This document shows, piece after piece, positions 1 to 14,032 of a stretch of 64,000 nucleotides of DNA. Each line of letters opens with the position of its first letter. Positions within the stretch are counted from its first letter, which is position 1. Origin of the DNA: Eledone cirrhosa. Lineage: Eukaryota. The stretch is taken from contig OZ024743.1 in assembly GCA_964016885.1 (NCBI GenBank), positions 328,228,001 to 328,292,000 of the forward strand, given 5' to 3'. A program made the position numbers and the translations under genes. The notes beneath the pieces are model-generated. The model saw nothing but the letters and a program-made list of their open reading frames with translations. It ran no database searches and was not told where the DNA came from.

Positions 1-302
1 CCCCTTCGATCATGAATTACCATGGGATTTGAATCTAGAAAGTTCCTCTCCGAGGCACAAGTCCGGGCAAGGTTGTTTGTGGAAGACCAGCAGTTGCCCT
101 TGCATACCAGTCTCCCTTCCCCACACCACCGACGTTGCCAATACAGCTTGGCACCAGTTACGTCGCAACTCATTTCTACAGCTGAGTGAACTGGAGCAAC
201 GGGAAATAAAGTTTTTTGCTCAAGAACACAACGCACAGTCCAGTCTGAGAATCGAACTCACAACCTCACGATTGTAAGCCCAACACTTTAACTATTAAGC
301 CA

Positions 303-1290
303 TGTAGTGGGATCACAGACAGGCTATCAAAGAACATAGGTTTCATATGTGGCTGATGCACAGGTGCAGTAAGTAGCAAGAGCCCACACAATAATAGCTT
401 CCTCAAATGCCTAGAGGTCTCTTTTGAAATAGTCAACAGTTTCTGTTAGCTGGATGACCAAATTAGCAGTGGAGGAGAGTGTGCCGAAAGTACAGTATCC
501 AGAGTGAGAATGGGATAGAGAAAGTTCAGGGAGTTGCTACCATTGCTAGCTACAAAAGGTTTTACCTTCAAAATCAAGGGCAGATTGTCAGATGCATGTA
601 TAACAACAGCAATGTTGCATGGTAGTGAAACCAAGGTGTTGTGTGCTGAGGACCTCTGATGGTTGGAAAGAGATGAAGCCTGCATGCTCCGATGGATATG
701 TAATAGTAATATACGTGAACGGCAAAGCATAGAGAGAGAAACTGGGCATAAGAGGGATACAGTGTGCAGGAGAGGAGATTGTGTTGGTATGGTTATGTGA
801 TGAATATGATGGATGACAGCTGTATAAAAAAAGTCGAGGGCAATCAAAGTTGATGGAAGCTATAGAGTAGGAAGACCCAAGAAGACCTGGGATGAGGTGA
901 TAAAAGTTGACCTTGCACAATTGCACCTCTCAAAAGCTAAGACACAGGATCGAAATCTTTGGTGTTATGCTGTAATACAGATGACCTGCTGCCCCATTTC
1001 TTTCCTCCCTTCCCCTTCCATACACCTCCCATGCCCTAACACTTCACCTATGTCTTTACACCAACTCCACCACTGCTGCCACAGCCCCAGTCCACACTGG
1101 AAAGTGGTTGTGTAGGTGTCATAACAAAAAGCACCCAGTCAACATTGGCGTTAGGAAGGGCATCCAGTTGTAGAAACCAAGCCAGAAACAGTTCTGTATG
1201 AGCAAGACACTGCCATCTGACTTGGGACAACTCGTCTAACCCATGCTAGCTTGGAAAATAGACATTAAATGATGATGATGTTGATGATAC
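303..1290 (+). mobile_element. Degenerate RTE LINE 3' fragment with 3' UTR
   Basis: Homologous to 21733-23266 (MLHGSET, GRPKKTW); ends in ...gacattaaatgatgatg tail. Confidence 0.8.
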
Positions 1291-1942
1291 ACACATATAT
1301 ATGAATGATTTATGAATATATAATAATTGTTTCTACTTTTGGCACAAGGCCAGCAATTACCCAGTGCATTACTGGTACTTTATTTTATCGACCCCGTAAG
1401 GATGAAGGGCAAAGTAAGCAAAGGATTTGAACTCAGAACGTAAAGGGATATTAATAAAGGTGTATATGAAAGAATATACAATATTTTTATGTATAATAAA
1501 CATATATGTCTCACTATGGGTTTTTTAACCATTTAGTAACCAACCCAGCCAAAACTGGCTCTGGTTCTATGAAATATAACCAACCACCCATTTTAATGGT
1601 TTTCAATTTGAATTAAAATTTTCTAACAATTTTATATAAGAACCTTATATTAAGTTACTATCTTAGTAATGAAATAATTAATAATTTGAGTAAATCCCTC
1701 AAAATTCTTCATCAACTAATTAAAATAGAGTGTATTTCATTAGAAATGCAGTCATGAAAGGGTTAAGCTGTGACTATGTCATAGCTATCTAAGTAGCCAT
1801 GTAAGAATGTCAGACTCTAATGTTATGGGATTATTTTCCATCTTCAGTGATGTCTACTTACTCACTATTACAGTAAGAATAAGCTACAGTTTATATAGAA
1901 TGTTCATATGAAGCATGGCTTGTTAGCGCTAGTGCTAATAAA

Positions 1943-2437
1943 CCATATATACTTGTATATAAGCCGAGAAATATGTGACAAAAAAAAAAATAATGCTAAC
2001 GGTGGGGAGGTGGCCGGCTTATATTCAAGGTCAATATTTTGCCAATTTTCACCAGCTTTGAAATTCTTTGTAAATGAGATGCTAAAATATTTTCACTTTG
2101 GAGGTTTATATTACACCAATTTCACTTTGTAGGTGAATACTATACCGGCTTCACTTTGTTTTTTATGTGTCTTGAATAAATATGGTCTTCAAAATGGTTG
2201 GAAATTGGTAAAACTTTATTACATAATGGAGTTGTGAAACAAAACCATACTCTAAAGGACATTTTAAATATCAAATTACTAAAACTTCATAAATATATTC
2301 TCCACTCATGAGAATTTCAAAACCGCACCATCTAAACATAATGTGTTGATTATCTGCCTCAGTTTATAAACAGGGTTTAAATTTTTGCCTATATCTCATA
2401 AATTAGGGAGCTGGCTTATATTTGAGTATATACAGTA
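1943..2437. mobile_element. Tc1/pogo(Tigger)-like MITE; inverted copy at ~20929-21371
   Basis: Imperfect TIRs (catatatacttgtatataagcc / ggcttatatttgagtatatacagta); internal sequence shared with the second copy. Confidence 0.65.
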
Positions 2438-4160
2438 TATTAGTGGGTTTCTTATATCTGTGGTAATGGGTTGTAGGTTTTGATGTTGCACTGTAGTGAG
2501 ACAAGGGCTGTGAATGTAGAGGATATAGGAAGGAGTGGATATAAAGCCATCAAGCATGCTCTAAGAGAGAAGACTGCACTGGTAGCGATATGTGATGTGT
2601 ATGGATGAAGGGAATTAGTTTTGTTTTTATTTTCAATTCAGGTACTGGTTTTATAAATTTTTTTGTTGAACTACTAAGTTATGGGAGATAAATGAACAGT
2701 AAATGATAACACAGACATACACACACACACAGACATATATACACACTGACTCACACACACAGGCACACACAGACAGATACACATAGACATGCACAGACAG
2801 ACATATACACACTGATTCACATACACAGACACGCATACATACAGTCTCACACACACACGATTTTCCACCTATCAAATTTCACTTATAAGGCATTTGTCAA
2901 CCAAAAACGTTTTCTTAACGCTTGTTTTTAATGTAAATCATTAACTGCACTAGCAAGACATTTTTGAAAAATATAAAACAACACTATGATTGCATCATAT
3001 ATATTAACCTTTTAATGTTCAAACTGGCCAAAACCGGCCAGAATTCTCTACCTCTTTTTGTTGAAACTGGCTGTAATTGGTCACTCAAACTGATGTTAAG
3101 GTATTGTTCTCAAAATAAATACTTTCAAAATCTCATAGATTCGATATTATGTGAGATAATTATGCAAGGTAAAGCCTTTACCATGAAAATATAATAGTAA
3201 ATATAGAGTAATGTGAATACTAAAGGATTAGTCTTTACTTTTACACTGCACATTTTCATAATGATATGTCTACTAGTAAACTTACTATAAATATTTGAAT
3301 TAACAAACCCAATTTTAGATATTTTTTGCTAAATCATTACAGGATGTTAAAATGTCTGACTTGAGGTTGGTGTTTAACCCTGTTTCCATGGCATTAAGTG
3401 ACTGGAAGTACAATACTTCCCCCTGGAACAGGACTCCAATCCATCACAGGGTGAAACCCCCAGCTATTGCTGGTATTCATTTGGAGCATTGTGAAATGAA
3501 ATGTTTTGCTTAAGAACACAACATACAACCTAACCCTGGAATCGAACACACAACATTATGATGATAAATCCAACACCCTTACTACTGGGCCACGTGCCTT
3601 CACAAGACACCAGTCCATTATAGGGTGAAACCCCCAGCTATTGCTGGTACTCATTTTCAGCTGAGTATACTGGAGCAACTTGAAGTGAAATGTTTAGCTC
3701 TAGAGCGCAATACACAACCCAGTCTAGGAATCGAACCTACAACATTATGATCATAAGTCCAACACCCTTACCACTAGGTCACATGCCTTCACAGGATGTT
3801 AAGAGTTAATATAAATAAGTAAATAGAAGGCAATAAGAACAGAGCAGACATCTGGTGCCATAGATCTTTGAATAATGGTAAATGATACCAAAACCATTTT
3901 TAGTCCTCTGTTAAAAGAAGATCTCATACCTGATTAGTGTTGTACACATGCCAACAGTATGTTTACATGGGGTGGTTCTGGTGAAGCAGTGTAGTATAAG
4001 CACTTGAATTACTTCTAACACCATCCTACACACATATGATAGCGTAAAATGTTTGGCACTCTGCCCCTCTACTTGTATTATGGTTCTACACACAGATTCT
4101 GTTTACACAGGGTTCCACTTGGGTTTGGCTGTTTCCATAACAACCAAAGCAATGACTAAG

Positions 4161-7027
4161 CTGTCTATGTACCCTGGGTTATTGTAGTGTACCTATCTAG
4201 TGCTGTCTATGTACCCTGGGTTATTGTAGTGTACCTATCTAGTGCTGTCTATTTACCCTGGGTTATTGTAGTGTACCTATCTAGTGCTGTCTATGTACCC
4301 TGGGTTATTGTAGTGTACCAATCTAGTGCTGTCTATTTACCCTGGGTTATTGTAGTGTACCTATCTAGTGCTGTCTATTTACCCTGGGTTATTGTAGTGT
4401 ACCTGTCTAGTGCTGTCTATGTACCCTGGGTTATTGTAGTGTACCTGTCTAGTGCTGTCTATTTACCCTGGGTTATTGTAGTGTACCTATCTAGTGCTGT
4501 CTATTTACCCTGGGTTATTGTAGTGTACCTATCTAGTGCTGTCTATTTACCCTGGGTTATTGTAGTGTACCTATCTAGTGCTGTCTATTTACCCTGGGTT
4601 ATTGTAGTGTACCTATCTAGTGCTGTCTATTTACCCTGGGTTATTGTAGTGTACCTATCTAGTGCTGTCTATGTACCCTGGGTTATTGTAGTGTACCTGT
4701 CTAGTGCTGTCTATGTACCCTGGGTTATTGTAGTGTATGTGTCTAGTGCTGTCTATGTACCCTGGGTTATTGTAGTGTACCTGTCTAGTGCTGACTATGT
4801 ACCCTGGGTTATTGTAGTGTACGTGTCTAGTGCTGTCTATTTACCCTGGGTTATTGTAGTGTACCTATCTAGTGCTGTCTATTTACCCTGGGTTATTGTA
4901 GTGTACCTATCTAGTGCTGTCTATTTACCCTGGGTTATTGTAGTGTACCTGTCTAGTGCTGTCTATTTACCCTGGGTTATTGTAGTGCACCTATCTAGTG
5001 CTGTCTATGTACCCTGGGTTATTGTAGTGTACCTGTCTAGTGCTGTCTATTTACCCTGGGTTATTGTAGTGTACCTATCTAGTGCTGTCTATTTACCCTG
5101 GGTTATTGTAGTGTACCTGTATAGTGCTGTCTATGTACCCTGGGTTATTGTAGTGTACCTGTCTAGTGTTGTCTATGTACCCTGGGTTATTGTAGTGTAC
5201 CTATCTAGTGCTGTCTATTTACCCTGGGTTATTGTAGTGTACCTGTCTAGTGCTGTCTATGTACCCTGGGTTATTGTAGTGTACCTGTCTAGTGCTGTCT
5301 ATGTACCCTGGGTTATTGTAGTGTACCTATCTAGTGCTGTCTATTTACCCTGGGTTATTGTAGTGTACCTATCTAGTGCTGTCTATTTACCCTGGGTTAT
5401 TGTAGTGTACCTATCTAGTGCTGTCTATTTACCCTGGGTTATTGTAGTGTACCTGTCTAGTGCTGTCTATTTACCCTGGGTTATTGTAGTGTACGTGTCT
5501 AGTGCTGTCTATTTACCCTGGGTTATTGTAGTGTACCTATCTACTGCTGTCTATTTACCCTGGGTTATTGTAGTGTACCTATCCAGTGCTGTCTATTTAC
5601 CCTGGGTTATTGTAGTGTACCTGTCTAGTGCTGTCTATTTACCCTGGGTTATTGTAGTACACCTATCTAGTGCTGTCTATGTACCCTGGGTTATTGTAGT
5701 GTACCTGTCTAGTGCTGTCTATTTACCCTGGGTTATTGTAGTGTACCTATCTAGTGCTGTCTATTTACCCTGGGTTATTGTAGTGTACCTATCTAGTGCT
5801 GTCTATTTACCCTGGGTTATTGTAGTGTACCTATCTAGTGCTGTCTATGTACCCTGGGTTATTGTAGTGTACCTGTCTAGTGCTGGCTATGTACCCTGGG
5901 TTATTGTAGTGTACCTGTCTAGTGCTGTCTATTTACCCTGGGTTATTGTAGTGTACGTGTCTAGTGCTGTCTATGTACCCTGGGTTATTGTAGTGTACCT
6001 GTCTAGTGCTGTCTATGTACCCTGGGTTATTGTAGTGTACCTATCTAGTGCTGTCTATTTACCCTGGGTTATTGTAGTGTACCTATCTAGTGCTGTCTAT
6101 GTACTCTGGGTTATTGTAGTGTACCTGTCTAGTACTGACTATGTACCCTGGGTTATTGTAGTGTACGTGTCTACTGCTGTCTATGTACCCTGGGTTATTG
6201 TAGTGTACCTATCTAGTGCTGTCTATGTACCCTGGGTTATTGTAGTGTATGTGTCTAGTGCTGTCTATGTACCCTGGGTTATTGTAGTGTACCTATCTAG
6301 TGCTGTCTATGTACCCTGGGTTATTGTAGTGTACCTGTCTAGTGCTGTCTATGTACCCTGGGTTATTGTAGTGTACCTGTCTAGTGCTGACTATGTACCC
6401 TGGGTTATTGTAGTGTACCTGTCTAGTGCTGTCTATGTACCCTGGGTTATTGTAGTGTACCTGTCTAGTGCTGTCTATGTACTCTGGGTTATTGTAGTGT
6501 ACCTGTCTAGTGCTGACTATGTACCCTGGGTTATTGTAGTGTACCTGTCTAGTGCTGTCTATTTACCCTGGGTTATTGTAGTGTACCTGTCTAGTGCTGT
6601 CTATTTACCCTGGGTTATTGTAGTGTACCTGTCTAGTGCTGTCTATGTACCCTGGGTTATTGTAGTGTACCTGTCTAGTGCTGTCTATGTACCCTGGGTT
6701 ATTGTAGTGTACCTATCTAGTGCTGTCTATTTACCCTGGGTTATTGTAGTGTACCTGTCTAGTGCTGTCTATGTACCCTGGGTTATTGTAGTGTACCTAT
6801 CTAGTGCTGTCTATTTACCCTGGGTTATTGTAGTGTACCTGTCTAGTGCTGTCTATTTACCCTGGGTTATTGTAGTGTACCTGTCTAGTGCTATCTATTT
6901 ACTGCTATTTACTCTGGGTTATTGCAGTGTACCTGTCTAGTGCTATCTATTTACTGCTATTTACCCTGGGTTATTGCAGTGTACCTGTCTAGTGCTATCT
7001 ATTTACTGCTATTTACCCTGGTTTATT
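4161..7027. repeat. 42-bp minisatellite, ~65 copies plus degenerate terminal units
   Basis: Unit gtgtacct(a/g)tctagtgctgtctat(t/g)taccctgggttattgta. Confidence 0.97.
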
Positions 7028-8309
7028 GAGAATTGCCTCACCAAACATAATTGATGGCTGGGTACAAACTTCTTGTTTCAAGGCCATAATCTTTACATAC
7101 TCAAGGGTAATATAAAAAGACAAATGTATTTTTCAGTCACTGTTAACATACTTAATGAATTAAAGTTCCACTCATGTTAATGAGAGAGAGAACTAATTAT
7201 TGATTAATTTTGTGAGACAGTCAAGGGAGACAACCTTAAAATCCCAATTAAACTTTGGGGTAAATGTAATTGAACATGAGTGATTTTTGACAGGTTCAGT
7301 GATAACTCTGAACATGTTTTGTGTAATTACACCTTCACAGTCAATTACAGTCTTACCTGTACTTACTAGATCTCTAATTTACTGAGAGATGAAAAGGTTT
7401 TGGTGAATAAACATTGATAGGTGTGACCATTTGACCTTTTGAATACCACAAATTTGTAGCTCTCCTCCTCCCAAACAATATGAGCAGTTGATCTATTGGT
7501 TACCTAGTACCCTAGTTTATAAACATCTCATCTAGCAATCAGAAGCTTTGGATAGTCATGGGAAATACTTCTGTGTCTTTGTGTGTATTTTTCCAATTCT
7601 TGTGGATCGAAATCACTTAAACCAGGACAATATTTGGTCTGGAATAGACCTCCAACAGTTTCAGTTATTTGATAAATGGAACATCCTCCTCATAAAAGTA
7701 ATGTGTAAGTGGCTGAGCATTCCCCAGACATGTGTACCCTTAAGGTAATTCTCAGAGATTCTGCACGACTCTGTGTATGACAATGCTAGCCCTTTGAATT
7801 ACAGATACAATCCATCTGACAGGATTCCAAACGATTTCTATCCAGTTTCACTGATAAAGCAAGGATCAACTGACAGCTGAGGTAAATGACACTTGCCTCT
7901 TACATGGTTGTATTTCAAAGGAGGTTTCTTGAGTGTTTTACTGATAGGGGACCTAGTCCTGTTGTGTTTACCATTATGCCATTACAGTTTACACCTATGT
8001 AACTTAACTGGCCTCCTACATGGTTGTATTTCAAAGGAGGTTTCTTGAGTGTTTTAATGATAGGGGACCTAGTCCTGTCATCTTGTCATTACAGACTGTA
8101 CATATGAAGGTTTAGCTGGCCTCCTATAAGGATGTATCTCAGAAGAAGTTTATCAAGTGTTTTAATGACAGGGGTCCCAGTCCTATTATGATAAAAACAT
8201 TCTCCCTGGATTGGATGCCAAATTATTGCAGGGTTAATCACCGGTTGTTGGGGTTCTTTTCAACTTTCAGTTGAGTGAACTGAGGAAATGTAAAATGAAA
8301 TGTTTTGCT

Positions 8310-8720
8310 CAAGGACACAACACATTGTCTGGTCAAGGAATTGAGCCAACAACCTCAAGGACACAACACATTGTCTGGTCAAGGAATTGAGCCAACAACC
8401 TCAAGGACACAACACATTGTCTGCTCAAGGAATTGAGTCAACAGTCTCAAGGACACAACACATTGTCTGGTCAAGGAATTGAAACAACAACGTCAAGGAC
8501 ACAACATATTGTCTGGTCAAGGAATTGAGTCAACAGTCTCAAGGACACAACACATTGTCTGGTCAAGGAATTGAACCAACAACGTCAAGGACAGAACATA
8601 TTGTCTGGTCAGGGAATTGAGTTAACAACCTCAAGGACACAACACATTGTCTGCTCAAGGAATTGAGTCAACAGTCTCAAGGACACAACACATTGTCTGG
8701 TCAAGGAATTGAACCAACGA
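8310..8720. repeat. 46-bp tandem repeat (~9 copies) amplified from a SINE tRNA head
   Basis: Unit caaggacacaacacattgtctggtcaaggaattgagccaacaacct embedded in a minus-strand SINE. Confidence 0.9.
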
Positions 8721-9044
8721 CCATATAACTGTCAGTCAATCACCCCAACTATGAGGCCATACAGCACAGTTATAGGTGACATATCCCTCAGTAATTTGTC
8801 ACCACCACTCAACATCTCTTGCCATTCTGAGTTCAAATCCCGCCGAGGTTTACTTTGCCTTTCATCCTTACGGGGTCGATAAAATAAAGTACCAGTAATG
8901 CACTGGGTATTTGCTGGCCTGGTGCCTAAAGTAGAAACAATTATTTCTTTAGAATTGTATTGTTTTTGTTGACTATATAGTAACCAATAGCAACAGTGGA
9001 TTTAAAGAGATTAATTTCTGAACGGCAGCACCATTGCTGATATT

Positions 9045-9131
9045 ACTGTTGTTGTTGTTGCTACTGTTGCTTGGAATACTGCTGCTGCTGCTGCTACTAC
9101 TACCACTTACATAACTACTTCTGCTAGTTGT

Positions 9132-9165
<34 letters not shown>

Positions 9166-10240
9166 GCCACCACTAACAACTACTACTACCACCACCACTA
9201 ACACCACCACCACCACCATCACCACCATTACTACTACTACTACTACTACTACCACAACTACCACCACCACCACCACCACCACCATCACCACCATTACTAC
9301 TACTACTACTACCACTAACACAACTACCACCACCACCACCACCACCACTACCACCACCATCACCACCACCATTACTACTACTACTACTACCACCACCACC
9401 ATCACCACCATTACTACTACTACTACTACCACCACTAACACAACTACTACTACCACCACCACCACCATCACCACTACCACCACCACCACCATCATCACCA
9501 CCACCATTACTACTACTGCTACTGTAACCATCTGTCACCTGCCAACTAGCTACTACATATATATCACCACCGCCACCACACTATCTGTAATTGTCACTAT
9601 GTTGGTACTGTTGTCAAGTTTACACACATTCATACATACAAACACACACACACATTCAATCACACAAACACAAGTGCTCACACAGAAATACACTCACACA
9701 CAAACAAAAGCAAGCATACACATAGACATATACACACACATAGAGGAACATACACACACAAGCGCGCAGGCATACATTCACAAATACAGGCACACACACA
9801 CACACACACACACACACAATTAAAGACATATACACACGCAAATACACAAATTATGGCTCACATACACAAATGCAGACATACACACATACATATACATATA
9901 CAAACACACCCAATTTTAGGCATACATGCACATATACAGTCACACACACACACATATACACACACATAGTGGAACACACACAAGCAGGCATACATATACA
10001 AATACAGGCACACACATATACAGTCACACACACACATATACTCACACATATACACACACTTCACTACTCTATATAAAAACATACAAACACACCCAATTTT
10101 AGGCATACACACACATATACACACACATAGTGGAACACACACAAGCAGGCATACAAATACAAATACAGGCACACACATATACAGTCACACACACACATAC
10201 TCACACATATACACACACTTCACTACTCTACTCTATAAAA
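9045..10240. repeat. Compound (CTA/CCA)n microsatellite followed by CA-rich low-complexity DNA
   Basis: Direct reading; source of the poly-T/V/G/S ORFs. Confidence 0.95.
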
Positions 10241-10532
10241 ACATTCACTGTTGAGCAGGTGAGGAGGTGGGAGTTTCTATTATATTGTCTTACAGTGTGT
10301 TGATATATTTCAGATCAGACGTACTTTTACTGATTACTTTCATCAGTACATATGACCGCCTCCCCCCCCCCCCCCTAACTGTTTCACCTCTTTCACATAT
10401 CTTAGAATTTGTGGCAGAGGTGTGAGGTTGAGGGGTGTCATGGCATTGATAGCCAAACTGAATAAACTGTTGAAATTCTTTGATTTATGGCTAAACTAAA
10501 CTTTTTCAATTTGTGGCATTTAAAATATACAT

Positions 10533-11000
10533 ACATTTGTGGGGAGTTGGGCCACATGTGCTGGGTGTTAGGTCACATTTGGGGCAGATAGTTGGGCCAC
10601 ATTTGTGAGGAGTTGGGCCACATTTGGGGGAGATAGCTGGACCACATTTGTGGGGTGTTGGGTCACATGTGCTGGGTGTTAGGTCACATTTGGGGGAGAT
10701 AGCTGGACCACATTTGGGGGAGATAGCTGGACCACATTTGTGGGGTGTTGGGTCACATGTGCTGGGTGTTAGGTCACATTTGGGGGAGATAGCTGGACCA
10801 CATTTGGGGGAGATAGCTGGGCCACATTTGGGGTGAGCTGGGTCACATTTGGGGGGAGCTTTGGCACATTTGTGGGAGAGTTGGGTCATATTTGGGGGAG
10901 AGCTGGGCCACATTTGTGGGGTGAGCAGAGCTACATTTGTGGGGGTGAGCTCTGTCACATTTATCCAGCTACCAGCAAATGTGGGCCAGCTCCCCTCAAA
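10533..11000. repeat. G-rich ~21-25-bp minisatellite
   Basis: cacatttg(t/g)gggg... units with a repeated higher-order block. Confidence 0.9.
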
Positions 11001-11034
11001 TGTGTCTCAGATCACCCCTACAATTGATCAGAGG

Positions 11035-11326
11035 CCATATTCAGTTGATTCAGATTTATTTAAATCTCTGTTATACATATTTCACTGAGGACTACCAATT
11101 ATGATAGCTTGAGCTCTTCAGATGGAAAAACCTACCCCCTATATCATTAAGAGAAAATCTTTTTTAAGGGAAATTATTAAATTTTTCCAAATTTAAAGGA
11201 TTCTTAGGAACTTTCTATGTTTATTTTAGGTTTTGCCTTCTGAAGAGCTCAAGCTATCATAACTGACAGTCCTCAGTGAAATATGTATAACAGAGTTTTA
11301 AATAAACCTGAATCAACTGAATATGG
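11035..11326. repeat. Inverted repeat (~100-bp arms, ~92-bp spacer); arms hold hammerhead-like cores
   Basis: 11035-11134 pairs with 11227-11326; CTGAAGA at 11240-11246...GAAATATGTA at 11278-11287. Confidence 0.85.
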
Positions 11327-11356
11327 TCACCAATCTTTTATTAATATATTTCATTT

Positions 11357-11696
11357 CATCATCAGCATTTCATTTTACGTCCGCTTTTTCCCTGCTTGCA
11401 AGGGTGGGACAGGAACTGATGCTTGCTTGATTTCTACAGCTGGATGCCCTTCATAACACCAACCTCATTTACAGGGAGTGCTGGGTGCTTTTTTGCCGTG
11501 GCACCTACACGACCACTTTGCAGTGGAATGATATGAACCCCAGTCCCTATCATCTCATTTCTACAGCTGAGTAAACTGGAGAAATGTGAAATAAAGTGTC
11601 TTGCTCAAGGAAACAACACATCACCCGGTCTGAGAATTGAACTCACAACCTTTCGATTGCAAGGTCAATGCTCTAACCACTAAGCCATGTGCCTCC
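11357..11696 (-). mobile_element. tRNA-derived SINE with RTE-derived 3' tail (further copies 31862-32206, 39601-39890, 46980-47313, 57463-57860, all minus; partial at 1-302)
   Basis: A-box TGGCTTAGTGG and B-box GAGTTCAATTC on the minus strand; the tail GTTGGTGTTA.GAAGGGCATCCAGCTGTAGAAA...GGACGTAAAA(TGA)n is shared with the RTE 3' UTR. Confidence 0.85.
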
Positions 11697-11864
11697 ATAT
11701 TAAATTTTTATATATATATATGTTTATATGCCAACACAAGAGCAAGTATGATGCAGTCATTCTACTCACATGGCTTAAGAGGCTGTTTGCATAATTGCAA
11801 ACGAATTGAATATTATTATTAATATTATTATTAATATTCGAAAAACATTATATATATATATATA

Positions 11865-14032
11865 TCATCATCATCATCTTCGTTTAACGTCCATCTTCCA
11901 TGCTAGCATGGGTTAGACGGGAGTTGTCCCACTTGAGGCAAGGTTGGTCGGGTGACCGTGTCTTGCTCATATAGGACTATCTGGCAGGTTTTTTACAGCT
12001 GGATGCCCTTCCTAACACCAACCACATTTACAGTGTGGAACTGGGAACTTTTTACCGTGTACCCTACACGGCCACACTACAGCGTGGACTGTGTTTTTTT
12101 TGTCGTAACACCTACACGATCTCGATCGCGATCTCATTATCTCATTTATTTGGACTGGATGTGGTACCAACTTTACAGAGAGAGGGTGGTGTTAGTGGGA
12201 GGATAGGGTAGGGGTAGTGGATTGGGGTGTATATTTAGTTAAGGTGTACATAGGCAAGGCGAGTCTTCTGTATTACTGCGTAGCGCCAAAGATCTCGGTC
12301 CAGTGACATTGTCTTAAAGAGGTGCAAGTGTGTAAGGTCGGAATTTATCAAATCATCCCAGATTTTTCTGGGTCTACCTACTCCGTAACTACCATCAATT
12401 TTAATTGCCCTGCACTTTTTTATACAGCTGTCGTCTTTCATGCGCATCACGTAACCATACCAACGTAGTCTTCTCTCAAGTAAACAGCATCTAATCCCTC
12501 TTATTTCTAATTTCTCACTTAGTTCATTTATGCTTTGCCGTTCACGTATATTACTATTACACATCCAACGGGGCATTCATGCTTCGTTCCTTTCCAGTCT
12601 GCGCAAGTCCTCTGCACGCAATGCCCATGTCTCACTGCCATGTAGCATTGCTGTTCGTATACAGGCATCATACAATCTGCCTTTCATTTTTAGAGAGAAA
12701 CCTTTTGTGGCCAACAGCAGTATAAGCTCTCTGAACTTTTTCCATCCCGTTCTGACTCTGGCTACTGTACTTTCAGAGCAGCCACCACCACTGCTGATTT
12801 TGTCACCCAGGTAACGGAAAGTGTCCACTATTTCTATAGAAGCATCTGAGCAATAGAAGGAGCTAGTATCCTGTGGGCACTTGCTGCTTATTGCACCTGA
12901 GCATCGGCCACATATAAAATCTATGTTCTTAGATAGTTTACCTGTGATCCCACTACATCTTTTATGTACCCATACTTTGCATTTGGGACATAAAATTGAA
13001 TTTCTGCCTACTCCTTTCCTACACTATGAGCAAGGCCATTTCCCTGAGGGCACCTGTGCCCTATTTTCCTTTCTACAAACTAGAACTTTAGTCTTAGACA
13101 AGTTAACTTTAAGGCCTTTTGATTTTAGGCCATTCTTCCATGTTTGAAATTTCTTCTCTAGTTCAGCCATAGATTCAGCTATGAGAGTTAGATCATCTGT
13201 ATATAGGAGTTCCCATGGGCAGCTGGTCATAAACTCCTCTGTTATAGCCTGAAGGGCAATAATAAATAGGAGGGGGCTAAGGACAGAGCCTTGATGAACA
13301 CCAACTTTTACACTAAATTCTTCACAATATTCATTGTTAATTCTAACCTTATGACTGTTTCTTTATACATAGCTTATATAGCTCTCACAAGCCATTCATC
13401 TACACCTAGTTTTCTAAGAGCCCACCAGATAATGGAACGGGGGGACTCTGTCAAAGGCTTTCTCTAGGTCTACAAAAGCTAAGTAGAGGGGTTTACTTTT
13501 AGCTAGGTACTTCTCCTGTAGTTGTCATACAAGGAAAAGAGCATCTGCGGTACTTTTATCTGACACAAACCCAAACTGCATTTCATCTAGATCAATTCGC
13601 TCTCTGATTAGTTGCGCTATAACTCTTTCTGTGACCTTCATGACCTGGTCAACTAACTTAATGCCTCTATAGTTTCTCCTATTTAGAGCATCCCCTTTAC
13701 CCTTGTAGCAGTTAATGATGATGCTGCTACGCCAATCTTTTGGTATGACCCCATTCTGTATTACTTGGTTAACTATACAGGTGACCATAGTATGTCCCAC
13801 TGATCCAGATGCCTTCAACATCTCAGCAACTATCTCCGAAGGCCCAGCTGCCTTACCTGTCTTCATATATTTGATTGCCTTACTTATTATACTACCTTTA
13901 ACTTGCACCGCTGGTCCTTCTATTGGATCGATTTGGGGCAGACTATCTTTTTCCCATTTATTCTCCTCATTTAATAGTCTCTCGTAGTGACACTTCCAAG
14001 CTATCTTCTTATCAGTATCAGTGAGGGCACAT
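11865..14032 (-). mobile_element. RTE LINE, 5'-truncated and disrupted
   Basis: Minus-strand ORF pieces KAAGPSEI, YRGIKL, MQFGF, ELLYTDDL, MLHGSETW, RLRWYG, followed by 3' UTR and (GAT)n tail. Confidence 0.9.

Noticed and set aside
4187-6940. 917-aa hydrophobic repeat ORF (YLSSAVYLPWVIVV)n
   Set aside because: Translation of a 42-bp minisatellite whose unit lacks a stop in one frame; GTG start, no splice or domain support
9124-9823. Mucin-like poly-Thr ORF with an apparent Leu signal peptide
   Set aside because: Trinucleotide and CA microsatellites; TTG start; all frames give homopolymers
11620-11696. tRNA genes at A/B-box sequences
   Set aside because: They are SINE heads followed by SINE bodies and do not form a complete cloverleaf
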